From contig SLKJ01000008.1 in assembly GCA_007134675.1 (NCBI GenBank), positions 10,012 through 74,011 on the forward strand: DNA of 64,000 bases, in the 5' to 3' direction. Source of the DNA: Bacteroidales bacterium (lineage in GTDB: Bacteria; Bacteroidota; Bacteroidia; Bacteroidales; PUMT01). The stretch's first letter is position 1, and each line of letters starts with the position of its first letter. Shown in pieces: positions 1 to 7,360 of this stretch. Position numbers and translations under genes: made by a program. Under the pieces are notes generated by a model that was not told where the DNA came from, did no database searches, and saw only the letters and a program-made list of their open reading frames with translations.

Positions 1-190
1 CCGGTTTCTACAGGGCCAGATCAAATATGGCGCATGCCAGGTATGAATATTTCCTGCGTTCAAAGATTCTTGATTTTTATACCGGACAGCCACTTGCACT
101 GAATTAATATCGGCTCATATGGAATTTCTATCAAGTGTCTGACTGGCAAACGTATTTATTCAGTTTTTCAGGTTAACAATCAATCAGGAT

Positions 191-220
191 GCCGGCCGGA
201 TTTCCCCGGCCGGCTTTTTT
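191..220 (+). terminator. Rho-independent terminator
   Basis: Perfect 9-bp GC stem gccggccgg (191-199) / ccggccggc (206-214) with a 6-nt loop, followed by tttttt (215-220). It lies between a + strand coding end (before ~107) and the convergent amidohydrolase stop at 267. Confidence 0.75.
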
Positions 221-266
221 CCGGCTGACAGTCTATCTAGCCGGTATGCTTAAATATCTGTGGGTT

Positions 267-1940
267 TCATTTAAGAGGGTAAACCTCTTTCCCTCCGCTG
301 AAAGTACTTCTTATCTTAAGATGCGGAATTCTTTCTTTATCAATTGTCATAAGGTCTTCATCAATAACAATAAAGTCGGCAAGCTTTCCCGGTTCAATAC
401 TACCTTTCTCATCTTCTTCAAATGCAGCTTTGGCTGCCCAGATGGTCATTCCTCTTAATGCCTGCTCCCTGTTAAGCGAGTTCTCCATCTGAAATCCATC
501 TTCAGGATAACCGTCAAGGTTCTTTCTTGCTATGGCTGCGTAAAACCCGTAGAGGGGGTTTATATGTTCAACAGGAAAATCACTTCCGTTCGGAAGCCAT
601 CCGGCCTGATCAAGAAGATCTTTGTATGCGTATGCCCCTTTGATCCTCTCAGGCCCCAGGCGGTGGACTGCCCATTTCATGTCGGAGGTTGCATGAGTTG
701 TCTGAACGGATGGTATAACCGAGTATTTGCCGAAAAGATGAAAATCTTCAGGGTGAACAACCTGAGCATGTTCTATTCTCCAGCGCCGGTCATTCTGCCC
801 TCCGAGAATATTGCCGTAGATATCCAGTATAAGTCTTACTGCTGAATCACCAATGCAGTGTGTATTCACCTGATAACCGTACTCCCAGGCTTTACGGGAG
901 ATCGTACTGAGATATTCAGGAGTTTCAATAAGGATACCGAAGTTCCCGGGATCATCGCTGTATTCTTCTATCATCCTGGCTCCTCTTGAACCGAGTGCCC
1001 CATCAGCAAAGAGTTTAACCGACCTTATATTTAAATGATCAGTCTTATACCTGCCTTTATGCATAAACGTCTCAAAATTTTCCTCTGTGGGGTTAATCAT
1101 GGCATATATGCGCATTTTGAGATCACCTGATTTGTGGAGTGAATCCATCAGCATTATAATATCCCTGTCCAGTCCGGCGTCACCCACCGAGGTCAGTCCC
1201 ACCGCAAAACATTTTTTCTGCACATTCATAAGCGCAGCAACCTTATCACTGTATTCAGGGGCAGGTACATGTTGTCTCACCATGTTAATTGCATTATCAA
1301 TCAAAACTCCCGTAAGCTCTCCGTTTTCCTTAATGAATTCACCGCCTTCCACAGCTGTCTCCATTTCAATCCCTGCCCGCCTCAAGGCTTCGGAGTTTGC
1401 AATTGCGGCATGACCATCAATCCTGGTAAGGAGAACCGGTTTGTCGGGAAAAATCCTGTCAAGGCGACTTTTATCAGGAAACTCCTGAACCGGCCACAGG
1501 TTCTGGTCCCATCCGCGGCCCAGAATCCATTCCGAAGGAAACTCATCATGATGTCTTAGTATGATTTCTTTTATTTCCTCGAAAGAGCGTGCACCAACAA
1601 GATCAGCATTCATAAGGCTGGTCCCATAACCGTAAAAGTGACAATGCGGATCGATCAGTCCGGGATAAACAAACCGGCCTTCCATATCTATCATAGAGGC
1701 AGCACGGTATTTACCGAGTATTTTCCTGTTACTTCCGGTGGCTATAAACTTACCCTCTTTTATTGCAGCAGATTCTGTCCGGGTAAAATCTTCATCTACA
1801 GTATAAATATTGGCGTTGTATATTATAAGGTCCATATTCTGCTTTTTTTCATGACATGAGAATAATATCAACATGATAATTATGGGAACTACCAAAAAAT
1901 TTTGTAACTTAAATATCCGGTTCATTTTAAAGCATTGCAA
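267..1940 (-). CDS. Amidohydrolase family protein (YtcJ-like, amidohydrolase_3), probable lipoprotein
   Basis: 557-aa ORF with a signal/lipobox-like N-terminus (LILFSC). Metal-ligand style motifs GLIDPHCHF, HCIGD and RIEHAQ, and a C-terminal ADFIVID motif, are typical of this TIM-barrel hydrolase family. An alternative start at M6 (1925) is plausible. Confidence 0.85.
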   Translation of the reverse strand: MQCFKMNRIFKLQNFLVVPIIIMLILFSCHEKKQNMDLIIYNANIYTVDEDFTRTESAAIKEGKFIATGSNRKILGKYRAASMIDMEGRFVYPGLIDPHCHFYGYGTSLMNADLVGARSFEEIKEIILRHHDEFPSEWILGRGWDQNLWPVQEFPDKSRLDRIFPDKPVLLTRIDGHAAIANSEALRRAGIEMETAVEGGEFIKENGELTGVLIDNAINMVRQHVPAPEYSDKVAALMNVQKKCFAVGLTSVGDAGLDRDIIMLMDSLHKSGDLKMRIYAMINPTEENFETFMHKGRYKTDHLNIRSVKLFADGALGSRGARMIEEYSDDPGNFGILIETPEYLSTISRKAWEYGYQVNTHCIGDSAVRLILDIYGNILGGQNDRRWRIEHAQVVHPEDFHLFGKYSVIPSVQTTHATSDMKWAVHRLGPERIKGAYAYKDLLDQAGWLPNGSDFPVEHINPLYGFYAAIARKNLDGYPEDGFQMENSLNREQALRGMTIWAAKAAFEEDEKGSIEPGKLADFIVIDEDLMTIDKERIPHLKIRSTFSGGKEVYPLK

Positions 1941-2008
1941 TGTTGAATTGTTTGCTAAATTACACTTTTTTTGCCTTTTGCCTGTTTAAGTATAAACTGC
2001 ATTTGAAA

Positions 2009-3442
2009 ATGAAGCTTTATTTTTATTTCAAAAGGGTATTACTCTCTTTTTTGATTACAGGCGGATTATATCTTAGTTCCTGCGAAAAGGAACCTTTGCT
2101 TGAGGACCCGACGGTAAAACTTGTTTTTTCAACCGACACGGTATTATTTGATACTATTTTTACAACCATAGGGTCTGTCACCAGGCATTTTAAGGTATTT
2201 AACCCTTACAATAAAAGCATTTTAATATCAAGTGTCAGTTTGTCGGGTGATACGGGATCGCCTTACAGGATTAACGTTGACGGGATGCCTGGAAGGTCAT
2301 TCAGTGATCTTAAACTACGTGGAGGTGACAGTATTTATGTATTTGTTGAAACTACTATTGATCCTGTAGGAGGGGATCTTCCTATGGTTGTGGAAGATTC
2401 AGTTGTTTTTGTTACAAATGGGAACATTCAGGATGTTAAACTGGTGGCATGGGGACAGGATGTGAATGTGATTAACGGAGAAATCTTCAATACCGGGACA
2501 CTCACTGCAGGGAAACCTTACCTGGTTTATAATTCCATGATGGTTGATACAGGTCAGGTGCTGAGTCTTGAACCTGGGGTGAGGATGCATTTTCACCGTG
2601 ACTCAAGACTTTTTGTGGCAGGCACCATTCTGGCTGAGGGCAGTCCGGAACACCCTGTCACTTTTGAAGGAGCACGTACAGAATCTGCCTATCGTGATAT
2701 ACCCGGGCAGTGGGAGGGGATTTGGCTTATGCCGGGTAGTTCCGGTAACCGTTTTGTGCATTCCAGGATCAGAAATGCATTTAACGGGATCATTGCCGAT
2801 ACAGTTGCAAGTCCTGGAAGTATTACACTATATCTTGCAAACAGCCGTATTGAAAATATGACTTCTGCCGGGCTCTATGCACGGGGTACAACTGTTTATT
2901 CATATAATACGGTAATATCCAATTGCGGTTTTCACAATGTTGCTCTTACCATTGGTGGGGATTACACTTTTTATCACTGTACCTTTGCCAATTACTGGAA
3001 CTTCTCCACCAGAACCTCATCCTCCCTTGTTATTGTAAATTATTACACAGATATTAATGATAATATCAACCTCAGGCCGGTGAAAGCTCTATTTGGAAAT
3101 ACCATTATCCATGGTTCCAGAGGCCAGGAGTTGGAATTTTTTGTACATCCCGATGCCGGATTTGACGTTGAATTCAATCACTCACTGGTCAGGGTTCAAA
3201 GCTCATATAGTGAAATTTTTGACGGGATCTTCAATAATTGCATATTCGAAAAAGATCCAGGGTTTATTGACCCCACCCGGTTCAACTTCAGGCTTTCTGA
3301 TGATTCCCCCGCCATTGACGCCGGAGACCCTCTCATAGGAATTATTCATCCTTTCGATTTCGATGGTAAAAGCAGGACAGACGACATCGCCCCGGATATT
3401 GGGGCCTTTGAGTGGGTGGAGGAGCCAGACGAGGAAAACTGA
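2009..3442 (+). CDS. Hypothetical lipoprotein with right-handed beta-helix-like region
   Basis: The long ORF runs 1940-3442. ATG at 2009 gives MKLYFYF...LSSC, a signal peptide plus lipobox. The C-terminal motif PAIDAGDP...FDFDGKSRTDD..DIGAFEW is typical of pectin-lyase-fold / beta-helix proteins. No specific family recognised. Confidence 0.65.
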   Translation: MKLYFYFKRVLLSFLITGGLYLSSCEKEPLLEDPTVKLVFSTDTVLFDTIFTTIGSVTRHFKVFNPYNKSILISSVSLSGDTGSPYRINVDGMPGRSFSDLKLRGGDSIYVFVETTIDPVGGDLPMVVEDSVVFVTNGNIQDVKLVAWGQDVNVINGEIFNTGTLTAGKPYLVYNSMMVDTGQVLSLEPGVRMHFHRDSRLFVAGTILAEGSPEHPVTFEGARTESAYRDIPGQWEGIWLMPGSSGNRFVHSRIRNAFNGIIADTVASPGSITLYLANSRIENMTSAGLYARGTTVYSYNTVISNCGFHNVALTIGGDYTFYHCTFANYWNFSTRTSSSLVIVNYYTDINDNINLRPVKALFGNTIIHGSRGQELEFFVHPDAGFDVEFNHSLVRVQSSYSEIFDGIFNNCIFEKDPGFIDPTRFNFRLSDDSPAIDAGDPLIGIIHPFDFDGKSRTDDIAPDIGAFEWVEEPDEEN

Positions 3443-3459
3443 TTTTTTAACTCTGAAAG

Positions 3460-4542
3460 ATGGAAGTCAGCAGCAGGTTCGGATCATCGGGTAAATTATT
3501 CATTAAGATCGCTGCTGTTTACCTTTTTATTTCTTTTACCCTTTTTTTTCCTGCTACCGTTCAATCAGAGGAGCGAGAACCGGCTGATTCCCTGTTCCGT
3601 ATTATTTTCTATAATGTTGAGAACCTGTTTGACATTGTTAATGATCCGTTTAAGGCTGATGACGATTTTACTCCTGAGGGTGCCAGACGATGGACATCTT
3701 ACAGGCTTCGGCACAAGGTGAATAATATCTATAAGGCACTTGCCGCCGCAGGAGGGTGGGAAATTCCTGCCATAATAGGGCTTTGTGAAGTGGAAAATAT
3801 GAATGTTCTGGAGATGATTACCAGGGGAACAGGATTTAATAATTTTGGTTACAGGATCATCCACAGGAATTCTGCTGACCACCGGGGGATTGATGTTGCT
3901 GTGCTTTTCCATCCTGGATTGTTCACCCTGCTTGACAGCGGATTCACTGCCATCAGCTTCCCTTTTGACACTCTTACCGGAACAAGGGATATTGTTTACC
4001 TTAAAGGTACAGGAGGACCGGGCGATACTCTTCATTTTTTTGTCAACCACTGGCCATCCAGGTGGGGAGGACAGGCAGAGACTGAAATTTACAGGACTTA
4101 TACTGCTTCCGTTTTGCGATCACTTACCGATTCGGTGCTTCAGACCAATCCATATGCCAATATAATTATTATGGGAGATTTTAATGATGAACCGCATGAC
4201 CCGAGTCTGAAGCAATACCTTGGTGCGGGCTTTGATTATAATAACCCTGAGTCGGGCAAATTATACAACATATCACACGTAAATAAAATGAAGAGGGAGG
4301 GAACCATAAAATTTCAGGGTGAGTGGTTTCTTTTTGATCAGTTTATAGTATCCGGAACATTGCTTGACGGAACAGCCAGGATGCAAACATGTCCCTTTTC
4401 TGTAAAAGTGTTTTCGGCAGGTTTCTTACTTGTACCCGATGAGCATTGGTTCGGCTGCAAACCATTCCGGACATATGAAGGGTTCAGGTATACCGGAGGG
4501 TTCAGTGATCACCTTCCGGTGGTGCTTGATCTGTACTGGTAA
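3460..4542 (+). CDS. Endonuclease/exonuclease/phosphatase (EEP) family protein, secreted
   Basis: 360-aa ORF with an N-terminal signal-like segment. It has the FYNVENLFD motif, NHWPSRWGG, GDFND and a C-terminal SDHLPV, all characteristic of the EEP fold. Confidence 0.8.
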   Translation: MEVSSRFGSSGKLFIKIAAVYLFISFTLFFPATVQSEEREPADSLFRIIFYNVENLFDIVNDPFKADDDFTPEGARRWTSYRLRHKVNNIYKALAAAGGWEIPAIIGLCEVENMNVLEMITRGTGFNNFGYRIIHRNSADHRGIDVAVLFHPGLFTLLDSGFTAISFPFDTLTGTRDIVYLKGTGGPGDTLHFFVNHWPSRWGGQAETEIYRTYTASVLRSLTDSVLQTNPYANIIIMGDFNDEPHDPSLKQYLGAGFDYNNPESGKLYNISHVNKMKREGTIKFQGEWFLFDQFIVSGTLLDGTARMQTCPFSVKVFSAGFLLVPDEHWFGCKPFRTYEGFRYTGGFSDHLPVVLDLYW

Positions 4543-4760
4543 TCAGCAGCAATGAGAAGTCCAGATTAAAAAGCAATATAGTGCCTGCTGATAAGGCATA
4601 ATTGATAAACGGGAATGAGGATGAAATCAAATCTTGTTGATAAACCGGGTAAAATGAGCTGTTTGTACTATTTAAGTTGCTGTTTATTAGTACGCAGGAG
4701 TTGTTAACAATTTGTTAGTAAACTATGTTCTTATCTTGTTTGCAAAGATAAGTCGAAATG

Positions 4761-4793
4761 TTTGCATGGAATTGCTTTTCTGTGTTATATTTG
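4761..4793 (+). promoter_or_regulatory. Candidate Bacteroidetes sigma-A promoter (-33 TTTG / -7 TATATTTG)
   Basis: TTTG at 4761-4764 and TATATTTG at 4786-4793 are separated by 21 nt. This predicts a transcription start near 4800, just upstream of the structured region. Confidence 0.35.
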
Positions 4794-4799
4794 ATTCAT

Positions 4800-5115
4800 C
4801 AAGTGAGAGATAAAAGACTTGTTCTTTGAGATGTTAAGCTGAGATACAATAAACTTCGGATTTTTATATCTCAGTCAGGTCCTTCGAAGAATTGCCTTCG
4901 GGAAAATTCTTCAGACTGCATATCAGGAACGGTGACCAGCGTGAACGTCAGCCGTAAAAATCTGGCGGGAACAAGGTCAGGACCTTCTGAACAGATCTTT
5001 CGGGATTTGATAACAGAGGTCAGTCATAATAACTGTAGCTTGACACTTAGGCGGTTCGCCGCTGAAAGTGAGCCGGGAATTTTTTCGTCAGGAGAAGTTC
5101 CCGGCTTTGTTTTTG
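4800..5115 (+). ncRNA. Candidate structured non-coding RNA, family unassigned
   Basis: No credible ORF. Four hairpins are capped by UUCG tetraloops at 4855-4858, 4897-4900, 4999-5002 and 5055-5058, each flanked by complementary arms. An internal imperfect repeat sits at 4874-4888 / 4976-4991. The region ends in a strong terminator and has no downstream + strand gene. Confidence 0.45.
5071..5115 (+). terminator. Rho-independent terminator
   Basis: agccgggaa (5071-5079) pairs with ttcccggct (5098-5106), and the stem extends inward toward a GUCA loop. It is followed by tttgttttt (5107-5115). Confidence 0.7.
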
Positions 5116-5169
5116 TAGCAGCCGTTTGGCCGAAAAATTACGGTAGCGGCCTGAATCACATTAGGGATA

Positions 5170-6615
5170 TCAATTATCCCCTGTACGCAGGTTTTCAGGA
5201 TTTTTGCCCTCCAGAGGCTCTAATCCCATCTCCCTGGCTTTTACTATCATAAATCTGCGGGCTTCTTCACTGTTATTTCTTATAATACCATCAAGAATTG
5301 CCTCTTTGATTGATTTTTTTATTATCCCGACTTCTCTTCCGGGTGAAAGTCCGAATGTTTTCATTATCTCCTCACCCTTGACCGGCGGCTGAAAATTCCG
5401 AATTGCATCTTTTTCTTCAATTTCCCGGAGCTTGCGTCTGACAATCCTGAAGTTATTCATATGCCTTCGCACTGTTTCCTTGTTTTTTGATGTGATATCA
5501 GCTTCACACAATATCATCAGATCCTCAATCTGATCTCCGGCCTCATAAAGTAACCGTCGCACAGCCGAATCAGTTATCTCCTCTCCTGAGATCGATATAG
5601 GACGGAGATGCAGCCTGACTATTTTCTGAACATATTTCATTTTTTCATTAAGAGGTAGTTTTAGTCTTCTGAAAATAGCGGGAATCATCTTCGAGCCCAG
5701 GTAATCATGCCCGTGAAAGGTCCATCCGGAACACTCATCATATTTTTTTGTCAGGGGTTTTCCTACATCATGTAAGAGGGCTGCCCATCTGAGCCAAAGG
5801 TTATCGGATTTTTTACAAAGATTATCAAGTACTTTTACTGTATGGTAGAAATTATCTTTATGCATCCTGCCTTTCATCACATCAACGCCTTTCATTGCAT
5901 GAACTTCAGGGAGGATAATTTCCAGAAGTCTTGTCTGGTCCATCAGTTTAAAACCGGTGGATGGCCTTTCTGACAGCATTGTTTTATTGATTTCTTCAGT
6001 TATTCTTTCCTGAGAAACAATGCTGATACGTTCACGGTGTTTGCTGATTGCGGAAATGGTAACTTCATCTAAACTGAATTTTAACCTGGATGCAAACCTG
6101 ATTGCCCTCATCATCCGAAGAGGATCATCAGAAAAGGTTGCTTCCGGGTCAAGAGGGGTTCGTATAATTTTATTCTTTATATCTTCAACTCCCCTGAACG
6201 GATCAATCAGTTTTCCGTAATTTTCTTTACCTAGTCCTACAGCAAGGGCATTTATGGTAAAATCCCTTCTCTGCAGGTCATCATCAAGTGTTCCATCTTC
6301 AACAATCGGTTTACGGGATTCTATTCTGTAGGACTCTTTTCTTGCTCCCACGAACTCAATTTCATAATTTTTGTATGTGAGCATTGCTGTTCCAAAGTTT
6401 TTGAACACACTTACATTGGTATTTCCACCAATAGCAGTTGCCATTTTCCTGGCAAATTCTATCCCACTGCCAACAACAACAACATCAATATCTTTTGTAG
6501 GACGCTTCAGGATAATATCCCGCACGTAACCTCCGACGATATATAGCTCAGTATTGGTTTCGAATGCAATTTTTGAAATAAGGTCCAGTACAGGATTGCT
6601 CAGATACTTATTCAT
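5170..6615 (-). CDS. cca: CCA tRNA nucleotidyltransferase / poly(A) polymerase-family protein with HD domain
   Basis: 481 aa. The nucleotidyltransferase head has GGYVRD and DIDVVV, followed by RRDFTINALA, an RNA-binding region DPLRMMRAIRF, and an HD domain (LLHDVGKP). Confidence 0.85.
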   Translation of the reverse strand: MNKYLSNPVLDLISKIAFETNTELYIVGGYVRDIILKRPTKDIDVVVVGSGIEFARKMATAIGGNTNVSVFKNFGTAMLTYKNYEIEFVGARKESYRIESRKPIVEDGTLDDDLQRRDFTINALAVGLGKENYGKLIDPFRGVEDIKNKIIRTPLDPEATFSDDPLRMMRAIRFASRLKFSLDEVTISAISKHRERISIVSQERITEEINKTMLSERPSTGFKLMDQTRLLEIILPEVHAMKGVDVMKGRMHKDNFYHTVKVLDNLCKKSDNLWLRWAALLHDVGKPLTKKYDECSGWTFHGHDYLGSKMIPAIFRRLKLPLNEKMKYVQKIVRLHLRPISISGEEITDSAVRRLLYEAGDQIEDLMILCEADITSKNKETVRRHMNNFRIVRRKLREIEEKDAIRNFQPPVKGEEIMKTFGLSPGREVGIIKKSIKEAILDGIIRNNSEEARRFMIVKAREMGLEPLEGKNPENLRTGDN

Positions 6616-6789
6616 TATGTATATGTGACAGATAGTGTCAATTAGTATGACAAAATTACAATAAATTGATTGTTATATCTTGTCATTGTATCAATTTTGG
6701 ATTTTGGAACACATTTTGTGTTAAATAATCATTGTTATAAATTTACATCTATAAATATTTATTAATTTTTTTACTATCAAAATTTTAAA

Positions 6790-7152
6790 ATGATGATTGA
6801 GCATTTAACTGCAGAGACTTTCAAGGAAAAAATATTTGACTACGAGAATAATAAAGAGTGGCAATACAACGGAGATTTACCTTGTATTATAGATTTTTAC
6901 GCGGACTGGTGTCAGCCATGCAAAATGGTTGCTCCCGTACTTGAGGAGCTGGCTGACGATTACAGTGGTAAATTAACTGTTTACAAGGTAGATACTGAAA
7001 AAGAAAAGGAACTTGCAGGAGTTTTTGGAATTCAGAGTATACCATCATTGCTTTTTGTTCCGATGGAAGGAATGCCGCAAATGGCACAGGGAGCTCTTCC
7101 AAAGGAGACCTTTGAAAAAGCATTCAGGGAAGTTCTTTCGGTCGAAAAATAA
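6790..7152 (+). CDS. trxA: Thioredoxin
   Basis: 120 aa. The context DFYADWCQPCKMVAPVLEEL has active site WCQPC (Gln in place of the usual Gly), and the cis-Pro region is IQSIPSLLF. Confidence 0.85.
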   Translation: MMIEHLTAETFKEKIFDYENNKEWQYNGDLPCIIDFYADWCQPCKMVAPVLEELADDYSGKLTVYKVDTEKEKELAGVFGIQSIPSLLFVPMEGMPQMAQGALPKETFEKAFREVLSVEK

Positions 7153-7168
7153 ACCATATTTAACTCGG

Positions 7169-7201
7169 CCAAACCGGTCGCAGACCGGTTTGGTTTTTTT
7201 T
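7169..7201 (+). terminator. Rho-independent terminator
   Basis: ccaaaccggtc (7169-7179) pairs with gaccggtttgg (7183-7193) across a 3-nt loop, followed by a T8 run. Confidence 0.8.
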
Positions 7202-7229
7202 ATTCGCGGAGAATTATTATTTTTGCTGT

Positions 7230-7320
7230 CTCATAAATGGGGTGCCTTAATATTTCGGGCTGAGATCATACCCTTTGAACCTGATCCGGGTAATGCCGGT
7301 GTAGGGAAAAAAGCACGATC
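7230..7320 (+). promoter_or_regulatory. TPP (thiamine pyrophosphate) riboswitch, THI element
   Basis: The conserved core is read directly: GGGGUGCC (7238-7245), GGGCUGAGA (7258-7266), ACCC (7270-7273), UGAACCUGAUCCGGGUAAUGCCGGUGUAGGGAA (7276-7308). It sits ~50 nt upstream of the TonB-dependent receptor ATG. I could not define the P1 boundaries by eye. Confidence 0.85.
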
Positions 7321-7360
7321 ACCTCATTGCAATTATAAGTCTAACTAAAAAAATTTAATC

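Noticed and set aside
1-107. Possible 3' end of a + strand CDS entering from the left edge. Two frames are open, with stops at 100-102 and 105-107, and the terminator at 191-220 follows.
   Set aside because: Only ~34 codons are visible. I cannot choose between the two frames or recognise a family, so no CDS is called.
4602-4644. Direct repeat TTGATAAAC at 4602-4610 and 4636-4644, downstream of the EEP gene.
   Set aside because: It is short, AT-rich and has only two copies. That is not enough to call a binding site or a repeat element.
4874-4882. GUCAGGUCC, identical to the 5' half of the SRP RNA domain IV consensus. It raised the idea that the RNA candidate is the 4.5S/SRP RNA.
   Set aside because: The following sequence is UUCGAAGAAUUGCC rather than GGAAGGAAGCAGCC. 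The GNRA loop and the AGCAGCC 3' strand are missing, and the local fold uses different pairings. RNase P (no GGAAAGUCCGG) and tmRNA were rejected as well.
4932-5252. 106-aa ORF (GTG start) in the long intergenic region.
   Set aside because: It runs through the terminator hairpin and then antisense into the 3' end of the CCA-enzyme gene. Its composition is not protein-like. The region is better explained as structured RNA.
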